NCBI GenBank assembly: GCA_965649825.1 | Contig: OZ287698.1 | Coordinates: 1,007,949 to 1,071,948 of the forward strand | Direction of reading: 5' to 3' | Origin: Penicillus capitatus | Taxonomy: Eukaryota > Plantae > Chlorophyta | DNA: 64,000 nucleotides | Shown here: piece by piece, positions 39,501 to 51,337 of the stretch | Numbering within the stretch: position 1 is the stretch's first letter | Layout: each line of letters starts with the position of its first letter | Notes under the pieces: generated by a model | What the model was told of the DNA's origin: nothing | Seen by the model: only the letters and a program-made list of their open reading frames with translations | The model's database searches: none | Position numbers and translations under genes: made by a program

Positions 39501-42500
39501 TCTAATGTGTCCCTCGTAAACACGATTGCTGTCGACAACATTGCAGCAGAGATTGGAGGCTTCATGTGGGCGTGGAGCTCCACTGTGAAGCTGGACCAGA
39601 CGAATGCTGCCGGCAACAAAGCGAAGCAAGGCGGCTTCATACACGTCGAAGAATCGAACGTATCGATGATGGACATGAACGCGACCGTCAACAGGGCAAC
39701 GAAGAGCGGTGGATTTATGCATGTCGAAGAATCGAACGTGACGATGAAGGACACGATCGCGGCTGGCAATTCCGCAAAGTATGGCGGGTTCATGCGGGCT
39801 AGAAAAACGAAGGTGACGCTGGAGCGCACGACTGCTACCGCCAACAGCGCACAGGAGTTTGGAGGATTCATGTCGACATTTATATCGACTGTGAAGCTGG
39901 ACCAGACGAATGCATCCAGCAACTTCGCCAAGTTTGGTGGGTTCATACGAGTTAAAGAATCGAGCGTGTCGATGAAGGACATGAACGCGACTGTCAACAA
40001 TGCGACGAAGAGAGGTGGATATATGTTTGTCGAAGAATCGAATGTGACGATGAAAAACATAATCGCGGTCGGCAATTCTGCAAAGTATGGCGGGTTTATG
40101 CGGGCTAGAGAATCGCAGGTGACGCTTAAGCGGACGACTGCGACCGCCAACAGCGCACAGGAGTTTGGAGGGTTCATGTCGACATTCATCTCGACTGTGA
40201 AGCTGTACTGGACGAACGCGACCGGCAACTCCGCTATGTACGGCGGCTTTATGCGGGCTAGAGAATCGAAGGTGACTCTGGAGCGCACGAACGCAACCGC
40301 TAACAGCGCATTAGAGATTGGAGGGTTCATTTTTGCACGGATCTCGACGATCAAGCTGGATGACACAGAAGCTGTTAGCAACAACGCGAAGCAGGGCGGG
40401 TTCACATATGTTGAAAAATCAAACCTGACACTGGAGCGCACGACTGCTGCCGCCAACAGTGCACAAGAGTATGGAGGGTTCATGTCGGCGTTGAACTCGA
40501 CTGTGAAAATGGACCAGACGAATGCGGCCAGCAACAAAGCGAAGCAGAGCGGCTTCACACATTTTGAAAGCTCAAATGCGACGCTGGAGCGTACGACTGC
40601 GTCTAGCAATAGTGGAACGAAGAGAGGCGGATTTATGTCGACGTTGTATTCGACGGTGGTTTTGCAAGATACGAACGCGACTGAGAACAACGCAGAGGAG
40701 TCTGGTGGGTTCATACAAGTTGAAGAATCGAACGTGACGCTTGAAAACACAATCGCAGTTGACAACAGAGCTTTAGCGCTTGGAGGATTTATTTTTGCAC
40801 GGATCTCCACGATCAAGCTGGATGGCACAGAAGCGGTCAGCAACAACGCGAAGCAGGGCGGGTTCACATATGTTGAAAAATCAAACCTGACACTGGAGCG
40901 CACGAACGCGACAATCAACAATGCACAAGAGTATGGAGGGTTCATATCGGCGTTGAACTCGACTGTGAAGCTGTATGGGACGAACGCGGTCCGTAACAAC
41001 GGTAAGCAGGGCGGCTTCATGTATGCCAGAGAAGCGAACGTGACACTCAAGGATACAAAAGCGTCCACGAATGATGCGGAGATCGGTGGATTCATGTCAC
41101 TGGATAACACGGTGGCAAAACTCGGCCATACGATTGCAGCCAACAACAGCGCAACTGAGTGGGGAGGATTCATGGAGGTGACACATTCAAGTCTCGTGTT
41201 GGACCACACCGACGCAGTCAGCAACGTTGCATTATGGGGCGGATTCATACGGGCCAAAGAATCGAATCTGACGCTCAACCACACCAAGGCGACCGCCAAC
41301 ATTGCGCAGGAAGACGGCGGATTTATGTCGGCGGTGAAGTCGACAGCGAAACTGGACAATACGTACGCGACCGCCAACAGTGCACAAGCGTATGGCGGAT
41401 TCATGTTTGTGTTAAACTCGACGGTGAAGCTGAGAGACACTAACACTCATAGCAACAAGGCAACATGGGGCGGATTCATACGGGCCAAAGAATCGAATCT
41501 GACGCTGGAGCGCACTAACGCAGTTGCCAACAGCGCACAAGACCATGGCGGATTCGTATCGGCGTTGAACTCGACAGTGAAGCTGGACTCCACGAACGCC
41601 ACCAACAACAGCGCAACAGAGTGGGGTGGGTTTATGGAGGTGACACATTCAAGTCTCGTGTTGGACCACACCGACGCAGTCAGCAACGTTGCATTATGGG
41701 GCGGATTCATACGGGCCAAAGAATCGAATCTGACGCTCACACACACCAAGGCGACCGCCAACATTGCGCAGGAAGACGGCGGATTTATGTCGGCGGTGAA
41801 GTCGACAGCGAAACTGGACAATACGAACGCGGATGGCAACAAGGCAGCGTGTGGTGGATTCATACGCGTTCTAGAATCAAGTGTAACGCTGGGACACACA
41901 AAGGCGGCCGACAATAGTGCGACGTTTGGAGGATTCGTTCACTCAGCGAACTCACAGTATCAATGGAGCACACCACCGCCGTCAACAGCAGCTCCAAGTG
42001 TGGCGGCTTTGTTTGGTCGTGGAACTCCGCCCTTACCATTTCACAGTCGAAATTCCTCCTTAACGTCGCGAAACACTATGGTGGTTTTGCCGCGGCATTA
42101 AAAGACACCTCTATTCGCATGAATGACTCCACGGTGGAACGAGGAATGTCCGAGAACGGTGGATCAATCCGGTTGAAGAAGTCTCACCTGATAGCACGTA
42201 ACCTCTCTATTCTTCACTCCGAAGCAAGCAAAAACGGTGGCGGTGTTATGGGCTTATCGTCTTCAACCTTTTTGTGTGTCGACTGCATGTTTCGGAACAA
42301 CTCGGCGAAGCATGGTAATGGTGGGTCAGTTTTCTTCGATGCCGGTTCCGAGCAGATCGTACCCTTGCAGCTCGTCCGATGTTGTGTCGAAGAAAGCACG
42401 GCCGAACTGGGAGGTAAGAGCTTGCTCCAAAAGAGCAAAAAACCCGTTACTGCTTCTATGTAGGCGGTGTTTTCTTTGTCTCGAGTAAAAGGCACAAAAA

Positions 42501-45133
42501 ATGTATGGCAAGAAGCATTCGATGCCCTGTTATGGCTTTATCAGATACCCAACTGTCGGATAATGAAGCAAGCGTCGCCGGAGGAGCCGTCTTCGCTGGC
42601 TACTTAAAAGCCGTCCTTTTCAGTTGCACCGACACTTCGTCAGATGTTTTTGGTTTGCGTTTATACAAGGAGAAAGAGTGGAAATCTCTGAGCCAAGTAC
42701 AATCAGACAAAGACATTTGCCCAGGGTGGAAAGGCAATCGCGGTGGCGTTTATGGCCCAATCGTTGCGACGTATGCCGCAACCGCAGAGATGATGTTGGA
42801 AGACGTTAACGAGTCCATCTGCGTGAGCGGCGGAAAGAACTGCTTGATAGAAGGATATCGTGTTGGCACAGATCTGCCAAACACAACGGTAGAGCTGTTG
42901 GACGGACTGAAGCAAAGACCCGCAAAGCACTACCACGCTGTTAACGCCAATATGTCATCGCCGTTTGGTCAGTTTTTACTTGTGCCGGTCGTTATCCCGA
43001 TGGAGAAAGGAGCTTGCACTTTTCGGTCTGTCAAGGGCTTCGTGCCTCCGGGAGTTTACGAGCTCGTCGTCGAATTTGGTGAAACAGCGATCGAGAGCAT
43101 CGGGATTACTGTGAGAGTTCACGACTGTTCTGTCGACGAGTCTGTGTCGTCTGCTGGATTTTGCGAGAGCTGCAGCAGCACGACATACAACTTCCGTCTT
43201 TCAGCGAAAGCTTGCAATCCCTGTCCGGAGAACGGAAATTGCGAGTCCAAAACTATCACGCCAGATGACGGCTATTGGCAGATGACGCCGTGTTCAGTTC
43301 ACTTACGTAGATGCCTACCAACCTCCGCTTGCGAATTTGAAGGCCGTTCTAAAAACTTAACAAACATGGTTCGTGATGTATCGAGCTGCGATTTCGATGC
43401 TGAATGGATCGAAGCATACACGAAAGCTCAGTGTGCCGAAGTAGGCTATATCTTTCTTTCTTTAGATATCTCAATCATCTCTTCGTCTGTTTCTAAAGGG
43501 TCACGACGGACCGCTCTGTGGATCTTGCGCAGAAGACTTCGGATCCGGTCTTTCCTCAAAATGCAAAAGGTGTTTGAAGGGGTTCTTCAACGTGGTCTAC
43601 ATTCTGGCGTCGGTGATCTTTCTCTTGATATTGACGGGCATCACGATCCACGGCACGGTCAGCACTCTCCGGAGAGACACCGAGCAAACTCACTATCAGA
43701 GCATACCGTCTTCGTCGGCGGAAGTGACCGAATCTCCACTTTCGCGACCGGAAGTGAGTGTAGAAGGAGATCATCGTCACATCACCGAGTGAATGCGCTG
43801 TAGGTCCGAGTCGAGAACGGAGTACCTGCGTCCGAAAAAACTTTGGCTAAGTGGAAGGCCGTTGAAATGTTCAAAGTACGATTCAAGCTGCTTGCCTCAC
43901 ACTGACCTCGTGGCTGCGTAGATCACTCTAAGCTACGTCCAAACGACTGTTTTACTGGCTTCTCTTGAGGTGGGATGGGCGATTCCTGTGATCGTTATGG
44001 CGGCAGCGGCAGGTGAGACTAGAATCTCTTGAGTTTCCGTATCGACTGTTGTGTTTCTAGAATTGCTCGGTGGTCTTGCGTCAGAAGGCATTCGGCGCTC
44101 CGTCGTGTGTCTGGCCTCAGAAAGCTTGTCCTTGCGTCCAACGGCTATGGCACTCGTCGTCAGTGTATGCATCGTTCCCTGCGCCGTGCTTCTCTGTTGG
44201 ATCGTGTTCTGGGCGGCGAAATCAGCGAGATCCGGAAGCGACCGTCTTCCCCGTTACCTCTCGAAGAGATGCTTGCTTTCAGCGATGGTCATCTGGTATG
44301 TCACTCTCGTGCCAGTGCTAAAGACTGCACTGAGCGTCTTTCTCTGCGTCGACGTGCACGACTCGGTAAACTTTGCACAAGTCAACGTAACTCACGCATA
44401 TTGGGCTGTCGACACAAGCATGAAGTGTTACGAAGGCGATCACTGGATACTGCTCTACGGAGTGGTTGTTGCGTTTGTGTGTCCAGTTTACGGCGGACTT
44501 CTCATGCTCTTCGTCGTCTACCTCAAAGGCTTGCCTCAACACCTCAGTTACAAGCCAGGCTGGGCGTACCAGACGACTGGATTCCTTTACCGCTCTTATA
44601 AAATGGATCATCGTCGATACTGGGAAGTCGCCATCGTCGCGAGAAAGGCCGCCATCGCCTTTCTTGTATTCTGCGCTCACCTGTTCGACAGCGTATTGCC
44701 GATCACCGGCGTCGCGTACATCATCGTGCTTGCCATCCTGGCGCAGATTCTGGCGATGCCATACCGCGACGATTTCAGAGACCTCAATGCAATGGAACTG
44801 GCGTCTCTTTTCGTGTCACTGACGACAACGTTGGCAGCTTCTATGCTCAAAGACGAGAGCTATCCGGAAGACTTCACTCGCGAGCTGCTCACAGTCGCAT
44901 GCGCTTTGTTGAATGTCGTCGCATTCTGCGTTTTTGTTTTTTACATTCTCAAGTTCGCAGCCGACTTCTTAAAACATAAGCTGAGGGAGCAAGGAGAGCA
45001 TGGCGTATCCGATGCTCACATGTTTCGCGTTCTGGCCTACTGGATCGGCCACAAGATCAAACACCTCATTAATAAGATGTGTCCGAGATCCGAAGAACCC
45101 GAGACCGCCGAACAATCGGCTGTCGCAGCATGA
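36546..45133 (+). CDS. Giant surface-receptor-like protein B, paralog of A, with a greatly expanded beta-helix repeat region; one apparent 1-nt frameshift at ~41954
   Basis: Signal MRRTLSSLKFCLLCCALAHG. Shares with A the motif VNC..EGDV.....TVF.CPH..GLFL, the intron positions, CESCSSTTY...CNPCPENGNC...PDDGYW and the TM region (FLYRSYKMDHRRYWE...PY). Confidence 0.85.
38325..40291 (+). repeat. Near-perfect intragenic tandem duplication, 918-nt unit x ~2.14
   Basis: Duplicated ORF-track entries are offset by exactly 918 (38508/39426, 38648/39566). One synonymous mismatch was seen (38873 T vs 39791 C). Confidence 0.95.
40320..41826 (+). repeat. Older intragenic duplications with 462-nt spacing
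   Basis: GGFIFARISTIKLD..EAVSNNAKQGGFTYVEKSNLTLERT at ~40320 and ~40782; ATEWGGFMEVTHSSLVLDHT...KSTAKLDNT at ~41150 and ~41612 (ORF pair 41159/41621). Confidence 0.85.
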
Positions 45134-46924
45134 ACAAATTGATATCCAGAGAGCAGATAGTTTTTTCCTTTTAGGCTGAGTCGTAACTAGGGTTCAATAT
45201 CTAATCTGTGACGGGACTTTTCCTCATTCTCTCCTAAAGAGAGCGACCTGCATTTTGCACCGAACAGAGTGAGCAATGCGCTTTCTCTGTGACAGATTGT
45301 AAGTATTTGACGTGACGAAAACGCCGCGCCCCTCGCCTCTCCTTGCAGAATCGAACGAGCGTAACTTTAGTGGCCTGTAGTCGACGATACTGCGTGCAGC
45401 TGATTTCGTCCGATAGGACTTCGCATTCATTCGTATGCGAAACAGCTCTCTCTCTCTCTGGACATTAAGCATATGTCCACAACCTCAAATCGCAAACTTC
45501 TCCCTTAGCTGGTAACTGTCATGACGTTGCCATCGAATCAGTTACGTTGTCAATCCACTGGATACTTTTGTGTTTTGTGGCGTGCAGGAGCTTCGCCGAC
45601 ACTGTTCGAGTCAAACTCTGTCGTCGTAGCTACCGTCCGTAACTAAGAATCTATTTCTATACCACATCGGTTGGTAATTGTGCCGGGTGCCTTTGGAAAA
45701 CCGGAGCTTTGGACGCACTCCATCTTATAGCCATTCCAGTTCTGTTTGTGATCTGCTATCTACGTCTACTATCGTCTACTGTATTAGAAACCGCCGATGG
45801 TCTGAATGGATGACACTAGAGAAGATATGTGCTTCAACCATGGTCGACGTTCTGAAAGTGCTACGTTGAGCGAAAACAAGTGCTTTGAGGAACAACTACC
45901 GCCTTTTACATTTTGCGACTTCTAAACCCGAACGACGCTGGCGCTGTAGAAGTCAACACTCCAATCATTGGAGTGTAGAGAAAACTCTGTATTTCATCTT
46001 TCAATTTAAATGACAAGGACATGATCAAAAGGAAGCTGCGTGTTCCGTTCTCGATACTGAGCTCGCGGTATTCTGACGGAGATTTTCAAAAACAAGCGAC
46101 CGCTTTCAGAAAACAAACTCCCTTTTTCTTTCCACAGAGAAACGTAAGAGTCAATGAAACAAAGACTTGGGCACGAAACAAACAAGAGAATGGCGCAAAA
46201 CCAAATGCGAATCGAGAACAACGACGCACATTGCTCGACTTCGATATCATGATCGCCAAAGAAACGCCGCGTAGTGCAGCCGTAACTCGAACTTGTCGCG
46301 TGATGCAACGCACGGTGCAGAAGGGTCTTTCGACGGAAAAGATTTAAAAAGATCAGTCTTTACAACAGGACGCGGTTTTATAATCGTACGCTTTTTGTGA
46401 ACCTCATGATCGCTCCGGTCTGTCCGATCATCGTTACAACACACGGTATTGCCATTTCGCAAAGTTCCGGACTGATATACGTGTCGCCGGTCGGCCGAGC
46501 AGAAAACGATTCACAGCGGAAGACTCTTACAAGTAATCGGAGCAAGGTAAAACGAGATCCAGATTGTTCATTAAATACTGCGTGATGACGCGACTTCCAA
46601 GGCAGATGACTCAGCACCTCATCAGAACCAGAGAAAAGGACCCCTAACGGGTCAACAAAACCAATTGACATGACAACCAGCGTCTCAAAAACAAAGTATC
46701 CCCTTCCGCACAAGACAGTCACATCACCGTGGAAATCTTGGCGACAATACGGTGACTGGATGACAGTCTTCCGAAAATCGTCAGGAAGGGCTGTTGTCGT
46801 AACCAAAGTCGCCAAAAGCCGTCATGGGTGCAGGGTGGCCGGCAGAGTAAGTCGTCAAAAAAGTCGTCATAGGTGCGCGCATAAGTTGGAGACAGCGCCT
46901 TCTCGGTTGTGGGGATCGACCCGA

Positions 46925-46992
46925 AGCGGATGGTGCAGTTGGACCAGTTCGAGAAGTATGACCGCGGGGGTTCAATTCCTGCGCCGGACACA
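46925..46992 (+). ncRNA. tRNA-like/Pol III element (degenerate tRNA or SINE head)
   Basis: A-box-like TGGTGCAGTTGG at 46931 and B-box GGTTCAATTCC at 46969. Spacing is ~6-8 nt shorter than in a tRNA, and a clean cloverleaf could not be folded. Confidence 0.25.
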
Positions 46993-48540
46993 GAGGAGGG
47001 ACGTCCCATCAGAGTTGACCCGGTTGTGTTTGGCGAGCCCGCGCCAAATTGGATGGGTTACGGCGGGGAAAGGACAACGTCGCGCTAAGTTCGGGGGCCG
47101 ACAATAGGGTCACCACCCGGACAAAAACTCGTCCTCTTGCCCTTTGGCCCTTTAGCCGACGAATGCTGAAGAAAGCACGACAAACTGTCGGGAAATCACA
47201 GATCCGAAAGATCTGTTTTTGACTATAGTGGCCACGGACTGTGCCTTCCGTTTTCCGTGCGAGTAAGTTCTGCCAGCTCTTTTCACAAACACATGCACAA
47301 GTGAGGCTGTTAGGGTGTACTGCGACACCTATCCGGCTTGCGACGTTTTTTACCGACTCTTTAAGTTTACTGTTCCAACCGCCAAGTGTCCATGTTAATC
47401 TGCGTGGAGTTTAATGACTATGCTATATCGGCCAATAGAAAGATCGGACGGATTGTTTTTATAAAGAGGCCGCGCGCCTCAAGGTAATATGGTTCTCGGA
47501 TCGAGCTTCTATTAGCGCGCGTCTTTTTCATGAATCGTTAAGAACAAGGGTGCCTTTTGTGCACGCCTCTATGTTTCTATCTTTGTAAACCACCTTCCTG
47601 TACTAAGACGGTTTGGATGCAACTTACGGCCATTTTCATAAGCCTCTAGTCGTATGCGTATGCACTGCTTTCGGTGATGAACGCAGCAGTACAGACTCTT
47701 TCAAAGTCGTGGAAGTCTTCTTGCATTTGTAACGATTATAATCCCTCGACAGTCGCGTAGTGCGTACTTCGCCGCCTACCTGATGGCGAATTTTACAAAT
47801 GTATTTGGCTGAGAAGGAAGAAGCGAACTTCAAGGGAAATCTATTCATTAACGAAGACGGGAGATCAAACCTCGTGATTTGAGGGCTGCGATGGCACCCT
47901 CCTCGGATCGATTACTGTACAAAATACATCTCTGGCGGGGATCGTCTTTAAGCTTTAATGGAATGCTTATTCTCATCCACCGAGACAAATAAGCTGAATG
48001 CGGACTTGGTGCTCAAGATCTCATCTTTTCGGAAGGCTTTAATATGATAGCAGATCTTTGTTTTGTAAGATAGTTGGTTATCTGTGTGTACGTGCGCCGG
48101 GAGCCTGACATGATGGAAGCAACACGTGATCGCTTCATCTGTGGCTCATTTACGTTAAACGTATCGAAATTTCTTCCTGCGATCGAGGTGAGATCATTGC
48201 AACTCATAATGCTCGAGACATAACGACAACATGACTGCTGTCAGCCTCTGCCGATCTGCTGTATCCGCCGAATAGGCATCTTGAAAACCGTGCAGGGAAA
48301 GCGCTTTCCCACTTAGACTGAGATATAGACAAAGCCAAAATTTGAAGCGTTGCTAAATGGTTTGAACGTTGTAGACAAAAAACGTCAATATTTGAGAAGT
48401 TTGGCAATGGTAAAATCCGATCTGTGTTGCTCAGTGGTTTGAACGTTTGGGAACAAAGACATCGACCTCATGGGTTAGGCATTGGCAGCATCTTGAGCTC
48501 ATTCAGCGGCGAGATACCTGTCGCACACGTTTCAGCTTAT

Positions 48541-49212
48541 TCACTCAGAGATGAGAGCTAACCCGGTGGCCTGGTAACTGACTCGGGCGCTGTACACCTC
48601 CGTGTTGCACCAGATGTTGAAGTGAATTTTGCATCCCATCGTTGTAATGTCCGAAACGGAAATGTCCCAGCGACCGTTGAAGTTCTTATTGATGTCCAAT
48701 TTCTCGAGCGCGACGAAGACGGAAGGAGGTTCGGCATAGGTCACTCCGAACGTAACGTCGACTGCTTTCTCGCGAGCCTTTGTTTGGTCGGGTGTCCAAG
48801 GGCGCACCGGACAGGACTTGGTATCACCGGTCCTGCCGAAATCCGCCTTCCCGATCACGATACGAAGCGGCGGACACTTCATGCCCATGACTTTCTTCAT
48901 CCAGTCGAGGCAGTTCGGCGAAGCACCCTAGATCACAAAAAACGTTCTCTTAGCGCGAGCCCCGCCATTTGTCTGGCGTCTTCTGACTTCCTTGTCCGCG
49001 GTGTCGCATCCAACGTTTGTCTCCCCATGTGCCCAGGCAAGTGCTTCTGCATGAACCCGTAGTCAAATTCGCGCAACGAGGGACAGAAAACAAGGGACGA
49101 AGTTCGACATACCCTCGGCGTGCGATCCCGTGTGCTCCTCGACGAGACGATAGCCTTGCGCACACACGTACGCACTCAGAAACAAACAGACGCCAAGCAA
49201 AAAACGAGACAT
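48541..49212 (-). CDS. Secreted H-type lectin (copy 2) with an extra Cys-containing exon/linker
   Basis: Signal MSRFLLGVCLFLSAYVCAQG, two predicted introns. Domain CPVRPWTPDQTKAREKAVDVTFGVTYAEPPSVFVALEKLD...GRWDISVSDITTMGCKIHFNIWCNT...VSYQATG. Confidence 0.85.
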
Positions 49213-49795
49213 CTTCCAACGCCAAGTGAAACGACAAACGCGGAAAAAGTCTCGACCTGCTTTAGAGTCGACGCTTTCCGAGGCAAAGAAGAACTCAAAT
49301 CCGCAGAAACGAATGGTCGAAACGCCCTTTGTAGCAAAGAATAGAATTATTCTTCATTATGCGACGTCAGTTGATGTGACATCAGATTCGACGGCGCTTA
49401 CGATCAGGGTAACTTGCACTTCATGCCTGTCCAACCGGCCGTCTTTCGGTTTTTCTTGCCCAGAGACTGTGTTGTGTATCATAGAGTCTGTCTTTAGTCC
49501 TTTGCATGACATTGTCGCGGAGGGATCCCGGTTACCGCAATCGAAATGATCTGTGATGTCTGCTTTGGCGATCGGCATTTCACCTAACCCATCAAAATTA
49601 CCAAAATGCACTGAGCGTTTCAAAAAGAGGCAACAACAACATCTAAGGTTTATGAATTCTCAAGAATGGAAACAGAGACAATAAGGAGAGTTCTTCTGCC
49701 GCATTCTGCGGGTACAACAGTGGTGGCCCACTAGGCAGCAACTCTGTCAGACAGAACATCCCTCGTCGACTTGAGCCGTTCGAACGAAGTGTGAT

Positions 49796-50285
49796 TTACC
49801 CGATGATCTGATAGGCGACAATGCTGCTATAGACATACGTGTTGCACCAGACCTTGAAGTGAATGACGCAGCTCGTCGTCGTGATGTCGGACACTTCAAC
49901 TATCCAACGGCCGTTGTAGTCTTTGTTAATGTCCAATCTGGTCAGCCAAGCGCTGACAGTGGGAGGTTTGGAGAATTCGACGTCGAAATTGATCGTAACG
50001 CTTTGCTCGCGGGCGGCCGTCTGCTCAGGTGTCCAAGGCTTCACTGGACAGCTACCGGTATCGCCAACTTTCGAGAAATAGTGACTTCCTGTCGCAAGCG
50101 TAATGCCTGCAAAGACGGAAGCACCTTGCGTTCCCTTTGCATTATAGTCTTAGAGAGAACCGACCTCCGAGGTGGACGGCATCGGGACGATTCATCTCGT
50201 TGCTCGCGTCTTCTTCGGTCACATAACCCTGGATCGTCGAGCCGAGGACGCCGAAGAGGAGGAAACAAAGCAAAAAGCTCTTCAT
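49796..50285 (-). CDS. Secreted H-type lectin (copy 3), closest paralog of copy 1
   Basis: MKSFLLCFLLFGVLGSTIQGYVTEE..., phase-1 GT-AG intron, CPVKPWTPEQTAAREQSVTINFDVEFSKPPTVSAWLTRLD...VWCNTYVYSSIVAYQIIG*. Confidence 0.88.
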
Positions 50286-51337
50286 GTTGACGTTTCAAGA
50301 AACAGTTGTGGTTCAACAAGCACTCAGCACAATTGCGGGCGGAAAAACAAAAGCGACAAAATTGCGGGCGGAATCCGAGGTTAAATGCCGTAAATCTGAG
50401 TCAGTATGGATTACCTGGATCATCCTGAGATCCACCGCCGTGCTGCTGCAGCATGACGTCAGACGGATCTCTGCTTGCGTGTCCAGACGACGCGGGTCGC
50501 TGCAGCGCGGTGCGGGAGGTCGAGTGTTTGCGTCGTACAGCTGCATGCCGTCGTCACCTGCGCTGCTGCCTCTAGCTCACCACGTCCTCCAGAGAATAAT
50601 CATCGGACTTCGGACCTGCGAATGAAAACAGCCTCCGTTCAACAGTACAGATGCATTTCGCGTACTGCCGAGTATCGATTCTATTTTGAGGTCCTGGAGT
50701 GTTTAGCGCTCAAGACTGTCGCCAATTCCCGAACAGCTTTTGCACAATCATGTGCATGTTCTGCTTTCCGGTTGTTTCATGCGAGAATACGAGCTGTCTA
50801 GCTTGGACATGCAGTAAGGCTCTCTATCTTACTCCATCGTCCTGTTTAACAATTCAGTGTGCAGCAGATAATGTTGATGGACTGACCTTGATCCTCCAGT
50901 AAGGCACTACATTCTGCCAGCCTCCGATAAATAACAGAAGTAGTAGTAGTCGCCTTTTACACGAAACGATGGTGAATAAGTGAGAGGCGATCGCTATCCT
51001 TCGATGGACCAGACGACGGTCTGGTTGTGGAGCTGGTGGACCCAATCCATCATCGGATCCATGAAGGCAGGCAAATCGTAAAGGCTCGTTTTCTCGCTTA
51101 TGCTTCGACAGACAGGGCGATGAGAACTCTAAGTCGGGTGTGATGGCTCTCCTCTCTCCTGGTGAGTGCTGCGTCCTCGATCTCTTCGCCTGACATCCTG
51201 CAGAGGATCGGCCACGTCAATTCGCGAGGTTGCGTAGTACAGTACATCCGACGTGGAGATCTGTGGATTTCGTCCATTCCCGTGCTGCGAGGTTTCGTTT
51301 TTATCTTTGCGCGTCCTTCGGTTAATCCTATCCTTTT

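Noticed and set aside
38033-41446. 1137-aa antisense ORF
   Set aside because: It is the mirror of the repetitive beta-helix exon; the repeated codon pattern lacks stop complements, and the product merely repeats the antisense pattern (MNPP...).
46006-47107. Cluster of 70-145-aa ORFs on both strands
   Set aside because: Mutually overlapping with no recognisable domain; treated as non-coding or decayed.
47103-47130. TAGGGTCACCA, resembling a hAT-type terminal inverted repeat or a tRNA primer-binding site
   Set aside because: No matching inverted partner, target-site duplication, adjacent LTR end or transposase was found by eye.
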